DNA from: Candidatus Binataceae bacterium
GTDB taxonomy: Bacteria; Desulfobacterota; Binatia; Binatales; Binataceae
Direction: 5' to 3'
DNA: 64,000 bases
Assembly (NCBI GenBank): GCA_035294265.1
Contig: DATGLK010000102.1
Span: 19,614-83,613 of the forward strand
Shown here in pieces: positions 19,767 through 28,665 of the stretch. Position numbers and translations under genes: made by a program. Position 1 is the first letter of the stretch, and every line of letters begins with the position of its first letter. The notes under the pieces are model-generated. The model was not told where the DNA came from, made no database searches, and was given only the letters and a program-made list of their open reading frames with translations.

Positions 19767-20573
19767 TCAAGGGCTTAAGAGCCCGCTCCTGTGTTCCACC
19801 ACAAAGGCGTCGCGCCGGTCGACAAACTCGCCGATTATCAAAGCCGCCGCTTCAGGACGATCGCTGGCGACTTCGTGCGCGGCGTCATAGACAAAAATCG
19901 TATGACAATCGCGTACCAGTGGCGGATACCGCCGTGCCAGTTCGGGCATGGTTATCCGGTCGTTGGTGCCAAACAAGACCAGGGTTGGCGCGGTTAGCTG
20001 CTGGAGCCGCTCTTCGATCCCTGGCTCGCGGCCGGGCTTGTGAAATTCTTCGATCTCCGCCAGCGCCGCGCCGGGGGCCTCCACACTAGCCCGCATCCAC
20101 GGCACCGGGCGGCGCTCGGGATGCGCATACAGGAACCGCGCCAACGATCGTGAATCGTGCGCCGGAAGATGCCAGCCCTCGGGCAGAAGCAACCAGGGCG
20201 AAACCAGAACCAACGTCCTGACTCGCTCCGCCGCGTCCAGGGCTTGGAGCAAGGCAACTCGCGCGGCGAATGACATGGCGATCAAATTGTAGCGTGCCAG
20301 CTCGAGCTCGGCGCAAACTGAGGCCAATGCCTGGGCTTGTTGGTTACTCGACCAACCCCGTGTACCCCACGCCGCGGTGAGCGCCGGTAGCTCCATCGCA
20401 AGGACTCGGTGGCCTTGCGCGAGCAAGTCGTGAAACCCGCCCCAATACAGCCCGCCCAGGCCGTGGAGGACGACGACCGGTTCCCCTCGACCCTTTTCCA
20501 GACAAAAGACGTCCGCCCCATCCGTACCGACGGAGCGTTGGCGGGGCAAATCGCGGGGCGCTGACGCTAACAT
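19767..20573 (-). CDS. alpha/beta-fold hydrolase
   Basis: VVVLHGLGG oxyanion region; nucleophile elbow LIAMSFAARVAL. Its start codon abuts the stop of the upstream CocE/NonD gene (translational coupling). Confidence 0.7.
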   Translation of the reverse strand: MLASAPRDLPRQRSVGTDGADVFCLEKGRGEPVVVLHGLGGLYWGGFHDLLAQGHRVLAMELPALTAAWGTRGWSSNQQAQALASVCAELELARYNLIAMSFAARVALLQALDAAERVRTLVLVSPWLLLPEGWHLPAHDSRSLARFLYAHPERRPVPWMRASVEAPGAALAEIEEFHKPGREPGIEERLQQLTAPTLVLFGTNDRITMPELARRYPPLVRDCHTIFVYDAAHEVASDRPEAAALIIGEFVDRRDAFVVEHRSGLLSP

Positions 20574-22208
20574 CTAGGAAGTCCTTGCTTGGCGATGCCG
20601 CTCGGGCAGTATCAGGCGCGAGGGATAGGTCGCGTCGTGATGATAAGTGTCGCGTCCCACCTTCAAGCCGTACCAATGGGTCGATGGCGCGTCGAGCACC
20701 TGCGAATCGTTATTGCTGATGTCAAGGCGCAGACGTTCGCCGGCCCGCACCAGGAAGGACATCGGCAGAAGTTCGATTCGCAGTTCGTAGACTTGGCCGG
20801 GAGTGACCGGCTCGGCTCGCTGATGGCTGAAGAAGGGGCGCATCGGGGTGCTGAGAGCCGGATCTTCGATCCGGCGCGAGGCCCTAAGCCATCCCTGGCT
20901 TTCGATCCGCACGTGCGGCCGGCCGCCAGGTGCAGCGCTGAGCGTGGACAACCGCACGATCACGTCGAAGTCGGGCTGGTCGGAGGAAGCGTGCAGCACC
21001 AAAACGCCGTGGCCGGTGAATTCACGATCGCACGCGAAGGGAGCGGAGGTGTAGGTCAAAAGCGCCGCGGTATGGTCCATCTCGCCCGTGCTATCGAACG
21101 TGGTGGTGCCCAGCACCCAGCGCGGATCGGGATACGACCATGTAGTGCTCTCGCCGTTGGCGGCCGGCGTGGTCTCGATCAGGGAACCGTCGTTGAGCGA
21201 GCGCACCGCGCCGCTGTTGCGCCCCGACAGGTAGAACGAAGTGGGCGTGACGTCGGGTGGCGGCCAGCTCTGAGCGGCGCGATATTCGCCTTCGCCGTTG
21301 ACAAAGAAACGCACCGCTGGCCGCTCCATCACTCCATTGGCTACACCCTTGAGATGATGGTCGTACCAGGGCAACAATTCGCGTTCGTGAAAGTCGCGGC
21401 TGGCAAACAACTGCTGAGCGCCGGCCCAGGAGTTGGGATGGGTAATGAGCAATTGCTTGGGACCGCGTACCCGTTCGAAACCCATGACGTTGCCACGCAG
21501 ATGGAGAGCGCGTTTGCCCCACACACCGATCGAGAAGACCGGAATATCCACCTGGTCCAGCTCCCAGAAGGGTGAACGCCGACGCTGCCATTCGTCATCG
21601 AAGGGATGGGCATAAATGTCTGCAATGAAGCGATGGCGATTGGCGCCGTAAATGTCGTGGCCGGTGGCCTGATGCGCCAGCATCACGCTGGCCAGCACCC
21701 AGGCGCCCAAAAAGCCGTGGGCCGGCAAACCGCCGTGATACATCCAGTCGCGATACATGTCGGTGGCGCCGTCAAAGGGAGCGATGGTGCTTAGGTGGGG
21801 AGGGCGGGTACGCGCCGCATTCCATTGGCTCCAACAAAAATAGGACTGCCCGATCATACCGATTTTGCCGGTGCACCAGGGCTGGCGCGCGACATACTCG
21901 ATCGCATCGTGAATCGCTTCGCCCTCGCGGCGCGACACCGGGTCCCAGTCGCCCTCTGACGCTCCGCTGCCCGGTACATCCATCCAGACGTAGGCGTAGC
22001 CGCGCGACAGGTAGAGTTCGATCGGACCGGTCTCGACGTAGGGGAAGGTCCAGCAGGCGGGTAAGCGGCGCAGCTCCTTTTGATAAGGCGACGCGGCTAG
22101 CAGCACCGGATAGCGGCCACTCGCGCCAGGCGACGGAAGAAACACGTCCGCCCGAACCAGCATGCCGTGGCGGGTGCGGACCTCGATTTCAAACGATGGC
22201 TCTGGCAT
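20574..22208 (-). CDS. CocE/NonD family hydrolase (paralog 2)
   Basis: RYPVLLAASPYQKE, YLSRGYAYVWMDVPGSGASEGDW, GMIGQSYFCWSQW. Confidence 0.8.
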   Translation of the reverse strand: MPEPSFEIEVRTRHGMLVRADVFLPSPGASGRYPVLLAASPYQKELRRLPACWTFPYVETGPIELYLSRGYAYVWMDVPGSGASEGDWDPVSRREGEAIHDAIEYVARQPWCTGKIGMIGQSYFCWSQWNAARTRPPHLSTIAPFDGATDMYRDWMYHGGLPAHGFLGAWVLASVMLAHQATGHDIYGANRHRFIADIYAHPFDDEWQRRRSPFWELDQVDIPVFSIGVWGKRALHLRGNVMGFERVRGPKQLLITHPNSWAGAQQLFASRDFHERELLPWYDHHLKGVANGVMERPAVRFFVNGEGEYRAAQSWPPPDVTPTSFYLSGRNSGAVRSLNDGSLIETTPAANGESTTWSYPDPRWVLGTTTFDSTGEMDHTAALLTYTSAPFACDREFTGHGVLVLHASSDQPDFDVIVRLSTLSAAPGGRPHVRIESQGWLRASRRIEDPALSTPMRPFFSHQRAEPVTPGQVYELRIELLPMSFLVRAGERLRLDISNNDSQVLDAPSTHWYGLKVGRDTYHHDATYPSRLILPERHRQARTS

Positions 22209-22255
22209 CGTCCCTCCGTTGCTTGCGGAGCGCGCTACAGGCTACTCCGGCATCC

Positions 22256-22430
22256 TCACGGTCCCGGACCGCCAGCCGATAGTCCCAGCGACAAACGGCC
22301 GAAGCTCAACGCCCTGCCGTACCATTGGAGCGCGATATGGGCGTTGAGCGCATGAATGTCCCGAAAGGCGCGCTGTACCGGATCGTCGTCGCACAGGGCA
22401 TGGGCGCCGCCCGCCTCAACCCCGCCGGTA
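22256..22430 (-). pseudogene. 3'-terminal fragment (~57 codons) of an acyl-CoA-dehydrogenase-fold monooxygenase gene, tandem partial duplicate of 22592-23833
   Basis: The translation ...AGGAHALCDDDPVQRAFRDIHALNAHIALQWYGRALSFGRLSLGLSAGGPGP aligns with the C-terminus of the adjacent intact gene (...SGAHGLFDDNPLQRAFRDLHALNAHTALQWRNMGLSFGRLSLGLPVGGPWS). DNA identity is visible over ~160 bp including a short stretch past the stop. There is no upstream remainder of the gene. Confidence 0.6.
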
Positions 22431-22591
22431 CTTGTGACCTGGCTGTGCCACGGGCTCGGCGTATGGCTGTGAGGCATCCGCTGTTGCCATTCCATGAAGT
22501 CAACCTGAACACTGCGCCACAAGCTTGCGGTTTCCAAGGCCTCCATGCGGCCGCCCCTTGAGACAAAACCCGGACTGGCACGAACCGCGGT

Positions 22592-23833
22592 TCACGACCA
22601 GGGACCGCCGACTGGCAGTCCCAGCGACAGACGCCCAAAGCTCAGTCCCATGTTGCGCCATTGAAGCGCAGTGTGAGCGTTAAGCGCATGGAGATCGCGG
22701 AATGCGCGCTGCAGCGGGTTGTCGTCGAACAGGCCGTGCGCGCCGCTTAAGTAATGGATCATGTCCACCGCGCGCAGGCACAATTGCGCGGCGTAAGCAA
22801 GATCGCGCAGGTAACGGGCGCGATGCTCGTGTCCCATCGCCAGGCCGGCGCGAGCGCGCGTGTTGAGTTCCTCGGCATCGCGCGCTTGGAGCAGGTAGGC
22901 GCAATCGATCAGCGTGGCGGCTTCAGCTACCTGTAGCTGCACGGTGTCCATGTCGGCGCTGCGGCTAGCCGCCAGTCGCTTGGGTTGATCGCGCACCCGC
23001 TGCACGAAGGCCTGCCACCCGCCGCGCGCGATTCCCACTGCCGGCGCGCTCAAATTGTACGGAAACACGCCGGAAAGCGGTAGACGGAAGATATGACTCG
23101 GATTTACCTTAGCTCCCGGAGCGCTGCCTTCCAGCAGAAGGCTTGCCGGGAGGACCCGATGCTCGGGCACAGTCGATCCAGCCACACGGACGTCATTGCT
23201 GCCGGTGGCTCGCAGGCCGCTTACGAACCAGGTGTCGATAATCTCGTAGTCTCGCCGCGGCACAATGCACCAAAGCGGCAGCATCTTGCCATCGGGCTGC
23301 GCCATCGTGGCGCCCAAAATCACCCATTGCGCATGAACCACGCCACTGGCGAACTTCCATTGCCCAGCCAGCCTGTAGCCGCCCGCTACCCGCTCCATCT
23401 CGCAGTGCTCGGGGTAAAGCGCACTCGCCAGTAACGTCTCGGAGGAATCGCCCCAGATCTCCTCCTGGGCCTCCAACGGATACATCCCCAAAATCCAAGC
23501 GTGGCACGCGATCACGGTTAAAATCCACGCGCTAGAACCGCAGGCCTGCCCAATCTCCGCGGCCAACTCAAGCTGCGCGGTGCCGTAATCCAACTCGTAG
23601 CCGCCGTAGCGCGCCGGTTGCAAAATGCGGAACAGGCCGGCCGCGGCGAAATCCGCGATGGTTTCGTCGCAGATTCGCCGGGCCGCTTCGGCCTGCGCCG
23701 CGCGGGCTCCGATCTCAGGCACCATCGCCTTCGCCCGCCCGACCAACTCACTCAAGCGCGCGCGCCCGCCGCGCGCTTCGCCATCTGTTGTTGTTTCGCT
23801 CAGCGACTTGTCGACCCTCTGGCCGTTGGGCAT
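22592..23833 (-). CDS. flavin-dependent monooxygenase, acyl-CoA dehydrogenase fold (HsaA/HpaH/DszC-like oxygenase component)
   Basis: 413 aa; FRILQPARYGGYELDYGTAQLELAAEIGQACGSSAWIL, GYRLAGQWKFASG, GLRATGSNDV; C-terminal four-helix region; no catalytic-Glu ACAD tail evident. Confidence 0.6.
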   Translation of the reverse strand: MPNGQRVDKSLSETTTDGEARGGRARLSELVGRAKAMVPEIGARAAQAEAARRICDETIADFAAAGLFRILQPARYGGYELDYGTAQLELAAEIGQACGSSAWILTVIACHAWILGMYPLEAQEEIWGDSSETLLASALYPEHCEMERVAGGYRLAGQWKFASGVVHAQWVILGATMAQPDGKMLPLWCIVPRRDYEIIDTWFVSGLRATGSNDVRVAGSTVPEHRVLPASLLLEGSAPGAKVNPSHIFRLPLSGVFPYNLSAPAVGIARGGWQAFVQRVRDQPKRLAASRSADMDTVQLQVAEAATLIDCAYLLQARDAEELNTRARAGLAMGHEHRARYLRDLAYAAQLCLRAVDMIHYLSGAHGLFDDNPLQRAFRDLHALNAHTALQWRNMGLSFGRLSLGLPVGGPWS

Positions 23834-23966
23834 CTCTGCTACCTCGCCTCACCGAATACTTCACACGACCAGCTCTCGACTGACGCGCGCGAGCCACCTA
23901 CGTCACACTGCAACAACCTATCGCCTTGCCACACCACCTCCCACCTACCCTCCACGCCACATCCGT

Positions 23967-25286
23967 CTATTGCACGATTTGGTTTAAGCCCGCTACGTCG
24001 CTATACCTCGGGTAATTCACGTATTTGGCCGGCGTATCCTGATTGTACCAATACCCATCCTTAGGCGGTATAAGACTATCGCTGTGAAGATTATTGAAAT
24101 CGTAATTCAGATGGCACCAGGCGTTTCCTTCCAAATAGTAGGCATTAGGCCAGCCCGGCACCCGCTTTGCCGGCTGATACGTCCACAACCCCCGCCAGAA
24201 CTTCCCGTTTTGGTCAAAATCATCCCAGCCTACCGTTACCGTCTGTTCCTTATCCAACCAGATATAATGATTGGCATAGCAATACCCCGCCGCCCGCTTG
24301 GGTATTCGCTGCACCGCAAGCTGCATCTGCTGGCGCATTTCCCAATGGCCCCCTACTGCCGCCTTAGGCCACACCCCGTAATGAATGTCCCACATAGAGG
24401 GGTCGTTGACCACCCCCACGCGATCAGGCGGAACGATATAGGAAATAATATTTTTAGTCCCAAGATATTGTGCCTTAAACCAAGTAATCGGCAACGGTGC
24501 CTTGGACACGTCGTCGTAGCTAAAATCAACGTTGGCTACAAACGGAGCGCAGCGCGCCGCCTGCGACAACTGCACTACCCGCCTGATGCTGGGAATAAAC
24601 GCGTAGTTCAACGGAAATCGATCCGGATTTGAATAATCCAACTCCAGCCCACCGATATACTGCAGTTGCGTCGGATATATCAATTCGGTATAGCCGCTGG
24701 TAAACACACCCTTTGAGCCCGCGCTGTTGGGAATAACTAGCGGGTAACCCTGATCCGTAACGTGTCCAAGGTTGTAAAGTACCCCCATCGCCTGTTGCGT
24801 AAACTCGTTCCCGTAACGGTCGAATAGCACTGCTTGAAGACCATGGTACACCAGCATCGCGGGTTGATATTGAAAATATGAATCATACATTAGCTTGAAG
24901 CCAGCCAGTGGATCCTTGGTGCTTAAAGTGCTGAAGGGAAACGGTTGTCCCGCCACGTAACCTATCATACGGTAGCCGCCATCGCCGGTCGGCACCAATT
25001 TGACCTGGTGTCCATACTTCTCAGTTGCTTCCCAATAGGTGGGTGGCAGCGGATAGGACTGCGTAGGCGCAATAACTATTTGATAATTGACCGGTAAACT
25101 GGTTTGAATGTCGCTGCTGGTGCAGAGATGACCAAACACTTCTCCCATATTGGCGAGAAACTTCTGACAATTCGCCTTGGTTATGACCGTACCCACGGGC
25201 ACTTGTTGGGACTGTTGGGCTGGCGCGGCACCGGCTAATAGGACCACGACAACTAAGACTGTTACGGAGGTGAAAAAGCGTTTCAC
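23967..25286 (-). CDS. secreted Tyr/Trp/Asn-rich protein of unknown function (possibly DUF1329/LolA-like), low-GC gene
   Basis: Signal peptide MKRFFTSVTVLVVVVLLAGAAPAQQ. The sampled GC of ~47-58% contrasts with ~65% in neighbouring genes. Confidence 0.6.
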   Translation of the reverse strand: MKRFFTSVTVLVVVVLLAGAAPAQQSQQVPVGTVITKANCQKFLANMGEVFGHLCTSSDIQTSLPVNYQIVIAPTQSYPLPPTYWEATEKYGHQVKLVPTGDGGYRMIGYVAGQPFPFSTLSTKDPLAGFKLMYDSYFQYQPAMLVYHGLQAVLFDRYGNEFTQQAMGVLYNLGHVTDQGYPLVIPNSAGSKGVFTSGYTELIYPTQLQYIGGLELDYSNPDRFPLNYAFIPSIRRVVQLSQAARCAPFVANVDFSYDDVSKAPLPITWFKAQYLGTKNIISYIVPPDRVGVVNDPSMWDIHYGVWPKAAVGGHWEMRQQMQLAVQRIPKRAAGYCYANHYIWLDKEQTVTVGWDDFDQNGKFWRGLWTYQPAKRVPGWPNAYYLEGNAWCHLNYDFNNLHSDSLIPPKDGYWYNQDTPAKYVNYPRYSDVAGLNQIVQ

Positions 25287-25905
25287 TATGTTTTCCCCCT
25301 GCGGAAACTGCTATTTTCATTGCCAAGCCGTTTTAGCCGGATCATCGTTCGCGACGAGACTCTGGGTCGCCGCGAGCATTGTCTTCACAATTTACGGACC
25401 CGCCCTGCAATGCCTGCTACGCGAGGGCTTTAGGGACCATGCTCGGGCGCTGTCAGGGAAGACAACCGCTTTTGTGTGTCGTGTATGCTGTTTTGGCGGT
25501 TTCGATAAGTAGGCGTCACCAGTTAAATCCACTACTTGACGGCGAGACGCTACATCGCCACGACAGAAGCTTGACTGTTTAACTAAAAAAAGGGGCGAAA
25601 GGTTGCCGCTTGTCGAGTCGACGTAATCCTTACAAGGAAGATTCTGAAGTGTGAGATTCCCGCCCTGAAAAGTTGAATTGCTGGGCCGCTTTGCCGAGCG
25701 ACTGAATAGCGACCACTGGCAGGCGCTTGCCTTCATCGGCGTTAGGTGCGTTTCAACTTGGGGCGAACCTGCAGTTGCCTAGCTCAAAAGCGAAAAAAGG
25801 TCAAGAACTGAAGCGGAGCGGATTGAAAAGTATTAGAGGAGCGCCCGTTAGACGGCTTTGATTTTGTGGCCATAAATCGCTGTGCGGTCGAGGCCAACCT
25901 AGCGC

Positions 25906-27153
25906 TTATAGCGTTGCTGGAAAGGTTGCCTCCATAGTTCTATTGTGCCCTTCCACGGCACGAACTTGCGATATGGCGAGAGCAGCAGAAATGGCCAGTA
26001 GACTGCATAGCGCAAAAGCTGGCAGGTAACTGCCCGACCGGTCGAAGATCCAGCCAGACAGAATTGGACCAAAGGCGGACGCCAAGGTGGCCAGAAACAC
26101 GATGATGCCAGTGAGGGAGCCCATCCGACGCAAGCCGAGAGTCTGAGCCACGAGAATCGGCAGCAGGGTGACTTGCGAGGCTCCGCCCGTGCCGTAAAGC
26201 AGCGAGCAGCCTGCCACGCCCCACAACCCAATGTGCCGGTTGCTCGCGCTCATTAGGGAGAGGATTCCCGTGGCCATCAGCAGCATCGTAACAATCTGAA
26301 GCTGCTTGACGCCCAGCCGATCGGCCAGCCATCCGGCGGCGGCTACGCCCACGCCGCCAACAATCGTCATCAGGCTAAGCATACGGGCCGCGGTTTGTAG
26401 CCCGTAGCCCAGCCCCACTTCGTAGATTGCCATGTGATAAAGGACCCCGGCGTTGGCGGCCGAGAACAGAAGTTCGGCGATCATCAATAGCCAAAAAGTC
26501 AAGGTACACAGGGCTGGGCGCAACTCCAGTCCAGCCAGCGAGCTAAGCTGCTCGGCGGCGCTTTTGACCTGACCTTGAGAGGGACGGGTGCGAATTAAGC
26601 TGACACACAAGGGAAATCCGATGAGCAGCAACGGTAGGGCTAGACCGCGCATCGCCACGCGCCAGCCGTAGGAGGTGATGAGCCAAGCCACCACGAGCGG
26701 GGCGAGGGTCATGCCCCAGGAGTTGCCGAACATCGCCAGACCGCTGGCGGTGCCGCTGCGTTCCTTAAACCAGTTGACCGCAACCACCATGATCGGCACG
26801 CGGCCGGCGAATGCGGCGCCCACGCCGGCAACCGCATAAAAATAAGTCACCCATCGAAGACTATGGGCACTGCTGGCACCCCAATAACCCAGCGCGTAGG
26901 CCAGCACGCCCAGGGACATAACCAGACGCGCCCCCACCCAGTCCACCAGCCACCCCGCGGCCAAGGAAAAGAGCCCCATGGTCAAAAGGCTGGCGGTAAC
27001 GACCCGCGCGACGTGGGCGTGACTAGAATGAAAGCTCCTAACCAGCGGGACCAAAAATACACCGCTGCTGCCCACGAAGGGGCCATTGCCCAGGAACAGC
27101 AACGTGAAACAACCCGCCATCGCCAGCCATCCCTGCCGCTGTTCTCTGCTCAT
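25906..27153 (-). CDS. MFS transporter (paralog 2 of 3)
   Basis: 415 aa, 12 TM-like segments, GWLVDWVGARLVMSLG signature region. Confidence 0.8.
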   Translation of the reverse strand: MSREQRQGWLAMAGCFTLLFLGNGPFVGSSGVFLVPLVRSFHSSHAHVARVVTASLLTMGLFSLAAGWLVDWVGARLVMSLGVLAYALGYWGASSAHSLRWVTYFYAVAGVGAAFAGRVPIMVVAVNWFKERSGTASGLAMFGNSWGMTLAPLVVAWLITSYGWRVAMRGLALPLLLIGFPLCVSLIRTRPSQGQVKSAAEQLSSLAGLELRPALCTLTFWLLMIAELLFSAANAGVLYHMAIYEVGLGYGLQTAARMLSLMTIVGGVGVAAAGWLADRLGVKQLQIVTMLLMATGILSLMSASNRHIGLWGVAGCSLLYGTGGASQVTLLPILVAQTLGLRRMGSLTGIIVFLATLASAFGPILSGWIFDRSGSYLPAFALCSLLAISAALAISQVRAVEGHNRTMEATFPATL

Positions 27154-27260
27154 GAAGTAAGCCGCCGCCGCTTCCGCGCCGCTCAGGCTAAGACGGTCCG
27201 GCTCGCGGCGGTAGTGAATTTACTCATACAGCCGCCTCACGCGGCGAGGCGGAAAATGGC

Positions 27261-27647
27261 TTATTCGCTTGGGGATAATCCTTTGGCGCCGGCGGTCTTG
27301 GCGCGGGCTAATTTAGTATTTTCCAGTTTCGCCCCGCTAAAATTGGCGTTGGTCAAATTGGCGCCAGTCAAATCTGCGCCCGATAGATCGGCCCCCGATA
27401 GATCGGCTTCGGAAAGGTCGGCATCCCTCAGTCGGGCACGTCGCAGATTGCAGTTCTTTAAGCTGGCCCCGATCAGACAGATGCCGTACAAGTCGCCACC
27501 GGCCAGATCGCAGCCTGACAAATCGGCGTGCGGCAATTTCGTGTGATTTACAGCGATTTCCACCGCTTCCAGCAAGGAATGGGCTCCCGTGCGATAAAGG
27601 TCGCTGCCGTCAGTCGCCTTGATGACAAAAGAAGCCATTTCCGCCAT
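27261..27647 (-). CDS. pentapeptide repeat protein (Qnr/MfpA/McbG/AlbG-like fold)
   Basis: Start set at ATG 27647 with GAAGGAGAAGG SD directly upstream. The sequence has contiguous A(D/N)LSx pentapeptides (ADLSGCDLAGGDLYG...ADLSEADLSGADLSGADLTGANLTNANFSGAKL). Confidence 0.8.
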   Translation of the reverse strand: MAEMASFVIKATDGSDLYRTGAHSLLEAVEIAVNHTKLPHADLSGCDLAGGDLYGICLIGASLKNCNLRRARLRDADLSEADLSGADLSGADLTGANLTNANFSGAKLENTKLARAKTAGAKGLSPSE

Positions 27648-27784
27648 GACCTTCTCCTTCTGTGGAAAGAGCCGTGCGGTATTGCAATAGCCGCAAGTGC
27701 GCAGCCACGAACCACGAACAGAACCCTGCTCGCCGCCGCGTCCCATTACGACGGCAAAATTCCGAATCCCGCGCGCCAGGTCCG

Positions 27785-28246
27785 CTACTTAGCGGCTTGC
27801 TTATCTTGGACCTGCTCCATTGGCTTGCCTCGACCCGCTTCCATTGCCTGCCAGCCGCCGCCTTTGCCTTGGACCCAACCGCTACCCTCGCCGTTACTCT
27901 TGTCAACCGCAAGGTCAAAGCGATTGCCGTGCAAATCGCGCGCGGCTTCTTCGGCGTATGGGCGCCCCGGACCAGGCGAGAAGACTTTGCACCCGAATTC
28001 CTTAAGCCGCTCGACCACTTGCTCACGCTCTTCGCCGCTGTCCAGGGTAAAGCCGAAGTGATTGATCCCCTTGGGCGACGTTTCGGTCTCGCGCGGCAGC
28101 AAGGCCATCTCGATATAACCGTCAGTGACCCAAGCCGCCTTGCGCGAGCCGGTCTCCCGAATGGTCATGCCGAAGACGTCGCGGTAGAACTCGGCCAACT
28201 CATAGGGCTCGTCAGTCATTATCGCGATGTGACGGATCTTAGCCAT
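27785..28246 (-). CDS. VOC family protein (glyoxalase/bleomycin-resistance/dioxygenase fold) with Gly/Lys-rich tail
   Basis: IRHIAIMTDEPYELAEFYRDVFGM...INHFGFTL; single VOC module; first gene of an apparent VOC-PRP-MFS operon. Confidence 0.7.
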   Translation of the reverse strand: MAKIRHIAIMTDEPYELAEFYRDVFGMTIRETGSRKAAWVTDGYIEMALLPRETETSPKGINHFGFTLDSGEEREQVVERLKEFGCKVFSPGPGRPYAEEAARDLHGNRFDLAVDKSNGEGSGWVQGKGGGWQAMEAGRGKPMEQVQDKQAAK

Positions 28247-28665
28247 CTACGTTTCCCCCTCGCCGATGGATAGTGGAACGCTACTCTCGCAAAAGCACGG
28301 ATGTCAAATCCGATTGGCACCACTGTATCAGCTTCCAGCTGTGTTCTTTTTGGAAGTCAGCGAGCATCGCCTGCTTAATCGATTATCGCGCACGTTCCCC
28401 TCCTCGATTAGCCATTGGGAAGCGCAACACGGCACACCGGCAAACTCACAGCCAATCACAGGCGGCGCGACCGAGCAGTACTAACAACTCGCCGCTGGTT
28501 GCCGTGCATAACTCCTTGACCCCACGGCGCCGGCCGAACCAGGTGAAATAGTAGCGCCGATAGCCGGGACGCATGTCAGTTGTCCCGCCTTGTGCTCGTG
28601 ACAGTAAGGGCCTAAAAGAATTTTCGGCCCAGCATTACGACCATCGCGCGCTTCAGGAGGTGGCC

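Noticed and set aside
27290-27530. Apparent short tandem DNA repeats (gcgcc/gatcggc units) that could suggest a VNTR or CRISPR-like array
   Set aside because: The periodicity is 15 nt and in-frame. It reflects the A(D/N)LSG pentapeptide repeats of the PRP gene, not spacer-repeat architecture.
28351-28366. Weak sigma-54-like motif TGGAAG-N5-GAGCA about 300 nt upstream of the third MFS gene
   Set aside because: GG/GC spacing fits, but the flanking consensus is poor and it is far from the start codon; not called.
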